The notes: generated by a model from the letters alone, not told the origin. Positions 11,984-27,269 are shown, numbered from the stretch's first letter. The stretch: DNA of 64,000 bases from Botryllus schlosseri (GCA_051294905.1 CM119371.1:248001-312000), one strand, 5' to 3'. Made by a program: numbers and translations.

Positions 11984-14900
11984 CTACAGCGGTAGTCATG
12001 AAGTCACACATATGTTGACAGACAGCTTTGTACAAACTATCATCCAGTTAGGCGGTGATCAACTGACCACTGATTATTTAGTAATTCTGGTTCTAGTTGC
12101 GGATTTCGGAAAGTGGAGAGTTTCAGTTGCGCATTTCATAAAATAATTTGTGGTACAATTATATGCGCACCAGTACTCAAATCTGAATCAAGCACCGTAA
12201 CTGTAATGATTTGAGTCGATCAGTGAAAGACGATTTTTTTGGACTAATGAAACTTTACGCCCATTTCCATCGAAAAGTTATAATTGCATAAACTTTCTGA
12301 AACCTCGATTAGTTGTATCCCAACATACGAAACATATTGTACAAAGCTATGCACGTTAGCGTCAATGACATTTCTGTGTAGCTGTGATCGCAAAGCCAAA
12401 TGAAGTATTTTCGAAAAATACCAAATCATCATTATGTGGTGAAGAGCAGGCCTTATGTTTGGTAGTTACATGAAAAGTAGGCTACATACTCAAGCTTTTG
12501 GGTCTCCCATATAATTATATCGTCATCATGAGTGATTATAATCACATATAGGCTATCATATATCAAATACACGACATGAAGCCTAATTCAGAATAGAATC
12601 ACTCATGCACTATGTATTCACTCATGCAAGTCTAGTAATTACGAGCAAACCTTATTCCTCCATGATTTTGCCTCCAGCATCATCGTCCATCGGTAATTCC
12701 ATTTCAAGTCAACAACACAGTGACCCACTAGGTCTCAGATATTCGTGTCATTTTAAGAGTGAATCTGGTATCTAACACTGAGAGTTGAAAACATGATTTT
12801 TTCATTATTGATACACTGATACCATTTTGTGCTCACTCAACGATGAAGTTTAATTACCGGTACCGTAGTTTCATATTCCCTGTTACAGTACGGTCATAAA
12901 ACAGTGTGCCGGTATTAAAGTAGTTAAGAGCGGATGATGGCTTTTAATAACAGATTACAAGAAACTCTTGATATTGAAGGGAAAATTTTCAACAAACAAA
13001 TGGAGTCAGGGGTCAGTATCAGTCTTAATAGCCTACCCCTTTCAATATCCATCATGCGTGACACAAACTTGGAACATTTTAAGCGCTATTCTGTCTACAT
13101 AAAAATTGGAAGCAATTTGTTATATGAAAGCTGGTTTGGAATAGAAATGTGACTTACAGGTTTTGCCTAATAATATGTAATTGGTAGGCTAATAGACCTA
13201 GTCTAAATCAACTTCATGCATAGATACTTCCGACTCCAATCTGTAATTCAATTTCAGATGAAACAAAAATTAGATTGGGTATCAATAAAGTTTCAGATTT
13301 TGCAAATATTTTGATCAAGACATTATGAAGTATGAGTTGATATGATTAAAAAGCAATTTATTTTACCGGAACACCGGCAGGCCAACATGAGCGTTATCAG
13401 GTTATCCCATTAAAAAAAAAGCTTTTTCTGTTTATTTAACCTTGAAATGAAAGTTTTTTAAGCTGATTTGAAATTGTCTGTAAATGAGATACTTTGACAA
13501 TAAATAGTTGTTCTCATCGTTATGTTACATAAGTTGATTGATTTTATCATGCAAGAGTTGAGGTAATAATTTCAGGTACACAGCCCCTAATGTCTCCCTC
13601 TCATTCCTGTCTATATCGTAGGCTGCCTACTTCAAAAGTTTTATGAAGGTTGTCACATGAATTCTGTTGCAACATGGAGCATGTACTTAAGTAATGAGTT
13701 AGATGCCAAAATTCTGTAACTAGAATATGGAGCATAATTTTCAGATAAATCACCACATTTTTATAATCTGAAATATTCCCTGTAGTCCAAGTTCGTAAGT
13801 AAATATTACATAAAAACTCCTTTCCTAAAGATTCTATGCGGCAGGTATTATACGACACTATTTATCAAAATATTCAGGCAAACAGAAATGATAGGGAGAG
13901 TTATGAAATATTTTTACACGCAGCGATTTCGATGGGCTTCAACTTCAGCTACATTCTTGGCTGGGCACCAAAGATGAATATTTTCTCACTGGCTTGCTGA
14001 ATTTATCAATTTATACAACATGACAACATCCTCAGGTATAACTTATAGTACAGTCTTGGTATATCGATAGGAATAGAGGTTACCAACTCGAAATTGTGAT
14101 GGCCTCTGGCTGCATCTGTTTGTTACGAAAGGTTTGGTGTGAAGTGAAATCTTTTGAAATGGTAACATGGCTTGATAGTCAATACCGGTAACCCCGGACT
14201 CTGAAAATCGCTCTCGCCAAGGAAGAAGTGTTTATGCCCGAAAATGGAATCCTGATACGTTTAGAGTAATATGTTTGGTGTGCCAAGACGGTTCTCAGCG
14301 TCTTGCTTCACACCTGTGTGTATTCAGTAGACTCTTTAGTCCGTACGAGACACCGATAACATATTGGCTTACAGCTTCTATCAAACATGATTTGCGAGTT
14401 TCCATGATGTATCGATCGTTCGTTCCTGCCTCACTTGAGAATGCAATTACTGAATGTAAAATGATGCTGCAAGTCTGATTAAGTTGAACCTTAAGCCATG
14501 ATCAAGCCAGCTTACTGGATTGTTTGTGACTGCTGTAAATAGGTAATTCTATGTGAAATGAACCAAAGATAAATTCGGTCTCCATCAAGTTGCAGATTTT
14601 GCTGAAATTTGACTCATCACCTTGTGAAATGCTATAGCGGAGCTACCGGTATCCATTTTGAATGAAGTTTTCAAGTTATCGCGTGATGAAAACAAGCTTT
14701 TTGCTCATTTAACCGTGAAATCCAAGTGCTGTTTTTATGCAGATCTGAACTTGTGTCTCTATAAATGAGCTACTTATACCTTAACTATTGTATGTGAGCA
14801 TAGTAGAAGCGCGAAACGGTATGCCAATAAAGCACTGGTCTACAATCAATCAACGCTTTACCGAGTAATATAAGTGAATCAGCCTGTACTCTGAAACATA

Positions 14901-17900
14901 TTAGCTATATCTCAAACGTCCAATCGAATTAAAACTGATATTAGTACACTCAATCAGCTGATTTCACTCCATGTTTTGACTCAGAGCCATTCATGCACGA
15001 TTGCACGTGAGACATTAGCTCCACCACGCGGAAGAATGAAAGGCGTTAAATCGATAACATCATGCAGTTCGATATTACATTTCCTTCATAACCTATTTGG
15101 TTTTGTCATCTCTCCTAATTTTATTCTCCTGTACATGTCGTTATCATCGGATTAGTCGATAAAGCGCACACTCGAATAGGGTACGTATTATAAGCATTTA
15201 AAAGAACTATACTGCTAGAAAAGTTAGGAGCCATCGATGCATGACGTCCTTGGAAGCCGAGGACCGCTTGCCTAGTAACCACTGTATATATCGTTTTGCA
15301 CTTTGCCCTATGCCAGGGGCAAGCAACTTGTCCGGTCAGTGAGCCGCATATGGGAAAATTAGGCACTTGGCGGGCCAGATTACAGAATATATACAATTAT
15401 ATATTATACCTTAATCGCGTATTTATTCACCGCTACAAGGAATCGATTGTGTTTAATACCAGCTATCCGACAGTCGTCGAGCATGTCCGCATTCAAGTCG
15501 AAATACAAGCAATTTCTCCTAAATCAATACTAGCCAGTCTTCGAGATTACCGGACCACGACCTAACATCGACCTCGCCCTTCGCCACATGCCACCTCATT
15601 TTGTCGCTTGCGTCTTATATTCTCTGCATTACTTTTCAGTCAGTGTCCACGCCTCTTATTTACTTCGCCTAGGCTAAGGTTGGTGTCTGATCTTAATGGC
15701 TGCTTCAAGTTGTTTCGACACCTTCCTATCTTCGCATTGTATCGCAGTCTTGTGATGTTTTGAAACGATGAAAATATTAATAAACCTGATTGATTGATGT
15801 AAACTTCAAGTTTAAAGCATAGAGATCAAAATGAGTATTTCATGAATTTATTTACAACAGCTATTGAAGTCAATTAGACACCTATGGTCACTCAATACTA
15901 GTTTTTTGAACTCTGATTGCATGTCATATGCAAAAACCCTTAGTGAAGACTGCTAATGTTCGTGGCAGTGTTGGGATTTAGTCACTGCCTTCGAATCACA
16001 AGTCATCTCGAATCATTGCACATTTTGACTCGAGTCAAGTCAAGTCACTCGATTTTTGGAGGTGAGCCGAGTCAAGTCAAGTCAAGTTGAAATTTCAAAG
16101 TACTAGATATGATTCTAATTCATTACTAGGGCGATTTTTTGACACTTCAAAAGAAGTCAAATTCTGTTTTACATAACTAGTTTGATTTATTTAGCTGTTC
16201 ATGTGTAAATCACACTAGCATGTAACGTAGTTACTCCCACCATTTACCGACTTCAAAAATCTAGCGTGATTCGGCTATAACTCGTTTTGTGTTCACAATA
16301 GGGAAAACTTTCTTCTTAAGACTGATAGAAACATGATGTTTTGGCAGCTTTCATGACCCATGACTAGTGGTTGTCGAGATGGGCAATTTCACCCCCTCTC
16401 GCACAGACATTGGGTAATACCGGCTGGAAATGGAGGCAGTCCCCTAAAACCAATTTTTATTGAAGTTTCAAGTAATTTTTCAGGACTTGAAACCCCCTTT
16501 TTAGGATTTGAAAAAAAGTCATTTTCACTCCACCCTACAGCGCATGCCAATTAACATTCCAACATTTAACGACAAATGACGATACATATCCTCACATCTT
16601 CACCAAGTCTACCTGCCTCTAATCCGAATCAAGTTCTGACAAATGAAACAATTGTCTGGCATATATCCAGATTGCTATACAATCTTTTGTCAAATTGTTT
16701 GCGTTAAATAAACCAAAGAAAATGCAAGGCTCAAATAACTGATTAATATTTATTTCAAATCGATTCTATACATTTCATAACATGAAAACGCAGCCCAATA
16801 CAACATAAAATCACGGAAATTTCAGCCACTACTTTCTAAGTCTAAGATGCAGATACTGATTAGCAGTCATTAACAATACTCTTGAGTTATAATGAGTTGT
16901 GGATGATGTCAGTATAATTGCAAATTAGTCACAATGGACAGTAAGAGTAATTTATAGAATGTCAAGCAGCAAATCATAATATCTCAGTAAAAAGGGAACA
17001 TTGAATCACATTCATCAGATTATTTGAAATTTCGATTATTATGGATTAACAATTTTCCTCTTTTTCTGTTAACTACGGTGTATAAGTAATTTAGAATCAA
17101 TTAATCACATATCAATAATAAACGAGGTCATCAAGAGAAATGAGCCAACTATATTATGCTCGAAGCAATTAGAAACACCAAGGTAGCAGAAAACTTAGTC
17201 ATTGGTCATAGAAGCCAGAAAAATCGTTGGCTCGAAGTACAGCGACCGTCATTCTACAGAATAATATTAATGTTATGAAATATCTTGGTAATGAAAGTTT
17301 TCAACTCGGTAAGTATACCTTTCAACACTCTACTGAAGTCAACTGTACTAAAGATATAGAGAAAAATCACCAGATCATGATGGAATATGGAGAATCCTAC
17401 ATAATTGACATTACAATGGATTTCATACACTAATACTACATTCATTTTCAACAAAATTTTTAATTTTATATTTTTTGGGGTTTTTTGAAGTATTTAATTT
17501 CTATCATATTCCAACACACAAAACGTAAAGACAGTACACACTGCACGTCTAAGAATATAACACTTTTTTCATTTTTCCATATTTATTATTTTTATGTAAT
17601 TTGTATTATAATCAATTATTTTATAAGTGAAGGACGATGGAATATATTCATTTTATCCCGCGAGTCGATCCCAACTTGCGAGTAAATCCTTATAATAGCA
17701 ACCCATTCAACAGGATGACGGCTTGAACTCTACTGTAGTCAAACAACCTTCGCATTCAAATCCATTCAACTAGTAATTTGTGCCGTAAAACATTCCTTTT
17801 TGGAAATAAGTAGGTTTGACGAGACATTTATGGCATTACCATTGTTTTCGTCGATTTGTGAAAATTTATGCAACTGTTTTGGTTACTTAATTGTGAAATG

Positions 17901-20547
17901 CATATTAGAAATAGTTTCGTGAATTTGCATCGATTGAACATGAAATAGTCAGTTTGAATTCTAAAACGAATAGCAGTAATTCTGCTCTGCAAGTCTCAAT
18001 TTTGACGATGATGATTGGCTCTTGTACGCGATTAGCATTGTTGTTTCAGATGTCTTTTATCCCACTCCCTGAAAAACAAATACCTCTGAATAAATCACTA
18101 TCCCATTTAATCAATTATGTCAGCAAACTATTCGGACTATGAGCAGAAAATTAACTGTTCGCACGGGTATGTCATAACAATGCACAAAATAGAATTTGAC
18201 TTGCTGTAGAGTACCTGGGATCAGAGTCGGATGAATCGTAGGGATTGAATCTACAGGACGATTCGGCATTTAAATTTTCGCGAGACGATTCTCACGTACC
18301 GTCGGTACACAATCCAATATACGGTAACATATTTAGCCAGTACACGAATTTCATGAAAATAAACCTGCAGGCAATACATCGTATCGCGGGAGCGGTATTG
18401 GCTGGGACGGTGTACTTGCTAGAGGACATTGTTAACAGTTAACATTTCGATTATAGAAATTGCGGTGCTGTTAACAATATTGAGTATCACTGACACTCGA
18501 AAAGTAGCTATCGGCTTGCTTTATGGAAAGCCTAAAATATTGGTGACGATAAGCGTACTTCTGTCATAATTGGATAATTAGATGATTCTAGTTGTCTAAT
18601 TAGACTAATTAGAGCAAATGCCGGTAATGTAACTTGAATCCATTTTGTGAAATGATTCTCTGCACTAATTCAAATCTAATGGGTAAATAATTTTTATTTT
18701 CTCATTTTAATTCAAACCCTATCTCTGGTTTTCCTGTAAATGCTACTGAGAGAATTTTGTAGTGCGAAACGAGCCAAGCTTGTTGGACAGACCTATTGCT
18801 ATTATCATGTTGATTTGATAGTAACGGAACTGGATTCAATGACCTAGTTTTTTGCGGACTCAGTAATTCTAATCCCAATCTAATTTGGAAAAATGTATAG
18901 CTATAAGTACAGTTTTAATCTATTTTGAATTAAGTAATGCGATAATTATAATTCTACCATAAGTTGGAAATAACTGTGTAGCGTCAATTCTAATTCTACT
19001 GTATGTTGAAAAAAAATATAACTGTAATTATAATACTAATCAATTTCGCAAAAGCAGGAAATCTTCTAGATGACCGAGTCTGACTGGAAATTAATCTGAA
19101 ATCTTGTCGATTTGCAGTACAACTATTGAGCACATTCAAGACGAAGTTTACGAAAAAATTTGTAAGTTATCACTTGCGATTACCTAAGAAAAGTATTCGA
19201 CAACCAGTCCCAGTAATAATATTTGAAACGCACCTACTCTATTACTTTTCAAACTTTCATTTACACTATTGCTACATGCACCCGAGCAAAAAATGAACGG
19301 GATCACTCCAACTTCTGTTCGAGTTTATTCAATGACTATTTCGATAGTCTCTTCAAAAATTTTGTGACAACATATTACGACCAATAACTCTATTTATTTC
19401 ACCCCCAGCAGCTAAACAATCCGGACGCATTATTTCTCGAATTACGCCGCATTTGACAAATAAATTCTTCGAGTATCACATCAAATCTCAGTTTCATAAT
19501 ACAATAAATATTTCTCATAATAAAATGCAATCTGTGTGGTCTGAATGCAGCAAGTAATCATAAATTGAAGTGACGCTTTACTGCCGAAGATCAACTTTAG
19601 TATATATTGACAGAGGTGGTCGGTAACCAACTAACTCCACTTTTTTAAAGTATAAAAGTACGTTTTGCCCACTTACACTACTTACTTAAGCAGTTATTAG
19701 TTCATACTACTTCTACTTCAATTTGACAACTTTCATTTTTTTCAGCAAAACTAGGAGTGATGTGAACAGTATGTTGCGACTCGATCTGAAATGATGCATG
19801 ACAGCGCTATTATATTCTCGCAGAATAAACAAAGTCTTTTCTCCACAAAGATACGTGTGATGCACCCTTGTCAACGTTATGACGTCACTATCCGACATCA
19901 CATCAGTTAATATTGTATATTAATTTATATAATGCACAGTTTGCGTCACAATATTTCTAAGCTGTTGTTTAAAACCAGATGTGCATGAGAATGGATCGGC
20001 GATGTAATGGAAAGATAAATCTCAATTCTCATTTTAGAACGGTCAGACTCCGCAACATCTGCTCACCTATGATAAAAATCCCAGTCGAGTCGGCTCCAGG
20101 CATCCGTTTCTCGGATAACTGAAATAAGAAATAAGTTATATAGCTGAAAATGCTTGTTAGCAAAAGATGTATGCATCCTATGAATTGTGCTCTGTTGCTG
20201 AGCCTATTGCGTAATATCTGAAACAATCATCAGGCTCAAAGAGAGTTGAAATCATCAAAAATATAAATGAATTGTATCCTACGATACACGGTGGTTTAGT
20301 TATGGTAAGTAAGCGTACGGAAGTTGCACTTATCTACAATTTTAAAACCGAATCCTATTCCTGATGATACATTCAAATCCAAGTGCAAATCCATATTTTA
20401 TTTTGTCTCGCGTCCATATCCACGTCCAATCCGGTAATGGCTGAAACTTGATCAAAAAGTCGCACGAAAATGAAAGTTACGTGAAATTCTATGTCAAAGT
20501 ACGGATGAAAATCCATCTTCGAATGAATCATAAACCATTATCTATAG

Positions 20548-20917
20548 CAGTGGTTTCCAACTTGAGCGATTTTGCGGTCTAGGAGGGCGAAAATGACGAA
20601 GGGGGCGATGGGTGAAAATGGACAAAGGGTGCGACAGGGGGCTAAAATAGCGAAGGGGACAATAGGGGGTCGATGGCGCTTTAAAACGACCATATCGGAG
20701 TCAAGTCGGAGAAATGAACTTTTTTAGTCAACCCACGAAAATTTAACTGCAAAAGTGTAAAAATTCGATATCTGGCCGAAAAGTTTACCTTTTTTTATTC
20801 AACCCGCCGGTGATTACAGTTTATATGCCCATTTTTCAGATCACAAAATTTGAGGGGAGATGATCGGTGTGGTGCTTGAAAATGGGGCATTGAGTCGAAA
20901 AAGGTTGGGAACCACTG
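20548..20917. mobile_element. hAT (Charlie-like) MITE
   Basis: TIR cagtggtttccaac / gttgggaaccactg with TSD atctatag/atctaaag (7/8). Confidence 0.8.
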
Positions 20918-22883
20918 ATCTAAAGCCAGGCAAAAGAGATGACACGTGACCTCAATACCATAGAGATGCATAGAGTGGATTCGCAAAATCGTGAAATTAT
21001 TTGTTATAGTTTCCGTTCAAAAGTGGTGGCTTTCAAAGGGAATATTGCTGCGGCTAAAATGTTTTTCACACTCTCCACTTTTATTTCAGACAACGTTATA
21101 TTTAGAGCGCAGTGTCCTTTTAATGTGTTATAGTAATGTCAGTGGGCAGTGAAATGAGAAATTACACATAATATGATGCCCTGGCTGTACAATGTATATT
21201 ACGTACGTCTAATCCAATTAGATATGGGAATGAGTGAAAGTAACTCTAATCTATTTGTAAAACATTCCCTGCAATATGCAGCTAATTATTTACGTATTGT
21301 CAATCGATTCGATTCACTAAATTTATATTCGATTTATATTCGCACCGGTTCCTCATTCTGTGAGGTACTTTCACAGAACGAATATGAACTCGCATATTCG
21401 TTTTCGTATCAAAGGGAAATCGACCACAAAGTAATTCCGAATGCTATTTTAGGATTTATAGTACTTGATTAGGTTGGACAAAACGATTTCGGAATTAATG
21501 CAATGTTGTTGATTACAATTCAGTTCTACCTAAAAGAATACACAATGCACAAATGCACATGAATGATGAAATGATTCGTATCAACGCCAATATAAAAAGT
21601 GGGATACTGTATGACATAAAACCACGAATCCTGCAGAGAGCTGCTCAATAACGAAGTAACTCTACTTTATCAGACTACCCAAGTAGTGCTGTCTACTTGC
21701 ATCGCCTAATCAACAGGTTGTCATTTTAGACTACTTCTGTTTCTACTGCTTGTTACAGTTGTTAGTCAAAACTACTTACTTTATACAATATTGATTTTGA
21801 AAGTATCGAGTTGTTCCTAGCTGCGTATTCGTCATCGTTTTCAGTGAAATTCTTATAGGAGCCACCTTAAATAGCCCATGATTCACGGTGAATGCATGAA
21901 TATATTTTCAAGATTCCACTCAATTGCAGTGTCATTAGTCATTTTGCATTTGCCGCAAAGACATATCTAGCAATTTCGAAAGTAGATATATCCTATAATC
22001 TGCTAAAATTATGCGTCCCTTAGACCAAATCTACTTTTTGAAACTACTTATTTCACTGCATTTCAGACTGATACATTTTCTACTTCCACCTCAAGTCAAT
22101 TTGTGATTTCTTGGAAATTGCTACTTCTTCTTGTATATCAGCTGCAGCTTACGGCACTATTTATCGTTCTACATGAGTCTGAACTCTTGACTACTTTGAC
22201 TACCTCTAATCATTGATGGACTTGTGTTGGCAACTTTCAGAACTAATCGGAGTCCGCTTGGTCACCAGATGTCGTAAATAAGCTGCATGAAGTAATAAAT
22301 TTGTTCCATAGTTATAAAAGTATATGAAAGTGGTTTACAAGTTTCTTTGACTTATCGTCCCCTTATCAAGCTTGATATATCTTTATCACGCCCCATAATG
22401 GTAGAAGCACTATCAACAGCGAAGTACTTGTGCTTTTCTGTAGTACTTATTATTATATACTTGTTTCGATTACTCAAGTAGTTTTGAACGCATACTACCT
22501 CTACGTCAACAATTTTTTATGGTGAATACTAATTTATGCATATTTGACATTGTCAAGTGAAGTAGATTTTGACGCACTTCAACGATGCCTTGCTTCGAAA
22601 TTGATATGCAAGCTCACAACCAGCAACGTGTGAGAGATCATGCCTGAATTCCCTACAACAATTAATTGTATTAAGAATGGGATATTGAATGAAATCAAAA
22701 TTCATGAATACCGTGCGTTATCACAAAACCCCGATAACGATACTATGTCATGAATGAAACTAAAGCCTCATGATTTCTGGCGTTAGTAACGAATTGGACC
22801 TGAATTAATCATTTCATTCAAAGTGATCGGGCATATTTAATATACCTAATAAAACGCATCTAAAATACGATGCAACCAAACAA

Positions 22884-23081
22884 TCACTCACAGTATAAAA
22901 CTTCCAACTCAGTATCGAGATCATTTGCAATCTTCTTGACTTTCTGCAATTCGTCTTCTTTCAACATATCATCTTCTTCGTAATATATCAATGTAACTTT
23001 CTTCAAATTTGAGTTGTTGATGAGAGACGAAATGTCAACGAGAGAAGCAGGATGCCGTAATATACATCGGATATATTCGAT
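22884..23081 (-). CDS. NLR (NACHT-LRR) gene, predicted terminal coding exon
   Basis: ctgcag acceptor, phase 0, 65 codons IEYIRCILRHPASLVDISSLINNSNLKKVTL...EVLYCE then stop. LRR-like 'NLKKVTL'. Phase compatible with exon 39979-40146. Confidence 0.6.
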   Translation of the reverse strand: MEYIRCILRHPASLVDISSLINNSNLKKVTLIYYEEDDMLKEDELQKVKKIANDLDTELEVLYCE

Positions 23082-23345
23082 CTGCAGTGAGAAATTATTA
23101 CTATTCATATTGTGTATTACAATGATGCTTACCACTATTGTTGACCATTTCATCAGGGGCCATGATGTTTTACAATATACTTTAGATCGTGGGTGTCAAA
23201 CATACGGCCCACCGGCAACATCCGGCCAGCTAGGATATTCTGAAAAAATGGCTGTATTATCTGGCACATTTCTAACAAATGTCGAGAATTTTAGTACGAA
23301 ACACTTCCATTCTCTCAAGACAGAGAATGCCGAGCATGTTCATAG

Positions 23346-23836
23346 TAGAGGTATTCCGATATTGATTTTTACAGGCCGATACCGATAAATCGGCACACTC
23401 ACAAGGCTGATACCGATATCATAGGTCAATATTAATACAGAAGGAGCGGAGAACAATTTCACCAAAAATATTATATACCAAGCAAGAGAGCACTTGTTCA
23501 TGTCACAGAAAGCAGAAAAACAAACAAGAAACTGAAATTGAAAAGCAAAACGTGATACAGAATTAGGGATCATTCCAGGAAAAGTATATTGTAATGCAGA
23601 AAACAAATATTTTCTCTGCATGCTCACCCAGTTAAACTCGTACTGCATGGGTAAATCCGTCATATATCACCCTTTGCGTCGTAGATTTCTTGAGATTGAA
23701 AAATCGGAGCATTGAATTTCCGAAATTTTCGAATTTTTTTAAAATATAAAATATCGGCCGCGATATTTTATATAAGCGGGAAAGCTCTAAATATCGGCCT
23801 CGATAATCGGCCATGTCGATAATCGGTCGACCTTTA
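23346..23836. mobile_element. hAT-type MITE nested in the 23188-39789 element
   Basis: Ends tagaggt...ccgat / atcggtcgaccttta with perfect 8-bp TSD GTTCATAG (23338-23345, 23837-23844). Confidence 0.85.
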
Positions 23837-23904
23837 GTTCATAGGCCAAATTATAACCATCCGACAGTGGTGTTGAGGTTACACTGTAAGTAGTATAATA
23901 GATC

Positions 23905-24490
23905 GGTCGTGGTGTGCCATTGTGGCTTATGGGTGCGGCGGCACGGTGCCGAGAAACTCGTGGTGGCACGGTGACCCTTATCTCTTATGGGTGCGGTGGC
24001 ACGGTGCCATTGTGTCTTATGGCTGTGGTGGCACGGTTACCTTTTCGGGTATAGGCTGCGGCGGCACGGTGCCGTGAAAACTCGTGGTGGCATGGTTACC
24101 TTTTCGGGTATAGGCGCGGTGACATGGTGACCTTTCAGGTAGAGATGATTTGACTAACGTTGTGGGTATAGGCGGCGGCGGCACGGTGTCAGGTAGAGAT
24201 GATTTGACTAACGTTGTGGGTATAGGCGGCGGCGGCACGGTGTTGAAAATGCATCAGGTATGGTAAATAGTGACGTGAATGGTTCTTAGTTAATGTGTAT
24301 ATTACAAATTATTAAATATGACCGATTCGAGTTAATCCCAACGTTTACGGTGAGTACGACAATGATATATCGTTATTCTTATGGCGGGGGTGGCATGCGG
24401 CTATTTGTGTCTTGTGGTCGCACGGTAACCCTTTCAGGTAGAGATGATTTGACTAACGTTGTGGGTATAGGCGCGGCGGCCCGGTGTTGA
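23905..24490. repeat. Subterminal GC-rich GG(C/T)GGCACGGT motif array incl. 54-bp tandem duplication
   Basis: About a dozen ggcggcacggtg/ggtggcacggt motifs and an exact 54-bp tandem unit starting at 24136 and 24190. Mirrored at ~38240-38830. Confidence 0.85.
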
Positions 24491-27269
24491 ATATGTACCA
24501 GATGAATAGTCATGTGAATGTACCTTTGTTAATGTGTATATCGTAAATTATTATATATGATGTAGTTTAGTCGTGACAAATGACCGATCGCGTTCTAAGT
24601 CTTTCCTCACTATTGATCACTAGCTGAATAGTACTTTCAGATCGGGTTATTCGCGCCTTGTATCCCGCTGTTTCGCACCTACAGAATAGTCGTTATTCTT
24701 ATGGGCGCGGCGATGATTCGTACTTTCGTTTATAGACTGCAGGCGGCATGTCGTACTTTCACCAAAAAGGGTGTGAAATAGTTTGCTAAATCTAGGAATC
24801 AGTCGCATAGTAATGTTTGGACAATTAGATTACCACAGTACCGGCGTAGACGGCGATACGAATATCAACAATAGCCGCGTTCACAAACTAACACTTCAAA
24901 TAGGTGTGAAATAGGTTGCAAACCCCGCGATTGCTGACAAGATAATGTCTCGGACATACGCGACTTGATGTTACAGGCATGCCGATCGCTCACGAGGTAT
25001 TATTTTGGTAATTAGTTTGTCGCAGATCTAGATTTCACTGGTAAGATTTAATATGTAACGAATAACAGAACCGTCGCAGACGGTGATTCTGATACCGACA
25101 AATTCTCACTTATTTCTGATCCAACCCTAATCCTCTGTGAAGTTGACGCTTATTCAAAAAGGTGTGAAATAATTGTAAAAATCCTACGTCGCTGACACGA
25201 TAATGCATCAGACATAGCGATCTAGTTATAGTACGGTGTCGGAATCCATTCGCGAGATGTTCTATAGGTAAATTGAGATAATCCAAAACCGAATATTTTG
25301 ACTTTGGCGTAGTGTGAATTGAAATAGGATTGACAAACATGACTACCAACTTTCCCACAGTCCCGTTTCGATATTATACGTACATTGATTTGAAACAAGT
25401 AATGAAACATTGCAACTCTATTCGCGATCCCGCTTTCCGTTTGTCAAAGAGATATTTTAACATCTTACCATACTCAAAAGAATTATTCACAACATTAACA
25501 ATTGTTAAAAATCTAGTTTTCACTTACTTGATTATATCACTGCAACTCGCAAACTTGAATTAATTCATCCTGAATGTACTCATATGACCGATAATTTTTA
25601 TTCGACTGTAAAAGTCGTTACTAATCTATAACACAAAGTAATTACTACTCGGTACATATACGACTTGACATAACCTATTAGATTTTGAGTATACGAGATT
25701 TGAATGTCTGAACAATAACTGAGAATTAAATAATCGCAAGTGAATCCGTATATTACAGCGTAAAAGATATTGGAATGTCAGCAACTCTGTACGGTCATAG
25801 TTACTACCACATTACCTAATTTACCCGGCCAACTCGTCATGATCATCCCTGAAATCAACACAAACATGACCACTGACTTGAGTTAACCACAAAACAGCAT
25901 CAAGTTTTAAATCCACTTGTAGCTTACGGATTATTTGAATGCTGGTTATGTTTTGTTGTAATTGAGTGTACAGAAATAATATTACATCTCGACATCTTAC
26001 CATCTTACGATATTCAAAGAGTCAACCTCAAAAACATTGTCAAGTAAATCCGTTACCCGACCAAATCAAACAGTATCAGTATGAAAAACAGCCAAGCATA
26101 CACGAGTCCATACAATCACTAAAACCTAAAATCCATAACAAGTTCGGTTTTACTCATATCCCTACGACGCATCTTTTTTTATTCAACTTTAAAAGTCGTT
26201 ACTATTCTGTAAGATAGAGGAATTACTACGTGGTATATTCTGCAAGACAAAGTAATTATTACTCGATATATTTTGTAAGACAAAAGTAATTACTACTCGG
26301 TGTAGGTGACTTGAGAATAACATAATATGTTTGAGTATACGAGATTTGAAAGTCTGATCAACGTAGTTGCGACTTCATTTCTTACAATCGAACGCTGGTG
26401 TTATATTCAAAGTTATCATGCTGTAAACATAAGGATTGACACATTGATTTGACATATGAGATTTTGTAATAGTTGATCATGACTTAATTAATAAATTATT
26501 TGCGTTAATTAGACCCGGCGTTGTGGTAAATGTTATGACAGCAACAAACTTTTCAGTACCATTGTTATTAACATATTGAGTTGTAAACTATGTGTGTCTA
26601 AAATGTTCTCGATTGGAAAATTATTCAACCTTGGTACAAATCACTCTGGGTATTACGGATATCAGAAAATATTTTACAAATGTAATTGTTTCCAGTACTC
26701 AAGACTAAAGATGAAACAACAATTTCGTTTGCTGATTAACAACCGGTGCAATACTGTATTGTCGGGATCTGCGGTGAGAATTGAAACATACGCACATTAC
26801 GCAGTACGAAAATATCACTTCGGCTCCGGGAGGAGTAATTTAATCCGTGTTAAACTCTGTTCACGCTCTCTGTCGAAAATGTGCGAAATTTAAAAACATT
26901 ACGAGGTCACACTCTAAGACTTTGATCATCAAAAAGTAAATAGAGGTATCTTTACTGGACGGATTCTATTCAACCGGTCTTGATTAATACAAAACCCCCC
27001 ATAACAATAATATCGACGTATGTGCTACACTGAAATCTACAAAAATGTGTTTGTATTGCTGTTCATAGTAGCGATATCGATTTGAACCTCCAGAATAATT
27101 GTCATCATGTAACCAAACTAAGGAAAGTTGTTGTCAATTTGTATGATGTTCACTGAATGCGTACTAGAACTAATTGTGTAACGCACACGATCAGAGAAAT
27201 TGGAAATTTTCCCATTGTCATTCGTCACAATACTCGGCCACTAAAATACGTTACTTGGATGTGATTGAA

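Noticed and set aside
24017..24238. Proline-rich ORF (PPPPIPTTLVKSSLP repeats) and its mirror at 38494-38715
   Set aside because: By-product of the GC-rich 54-bp tandem repeat, with a non-ATG start.
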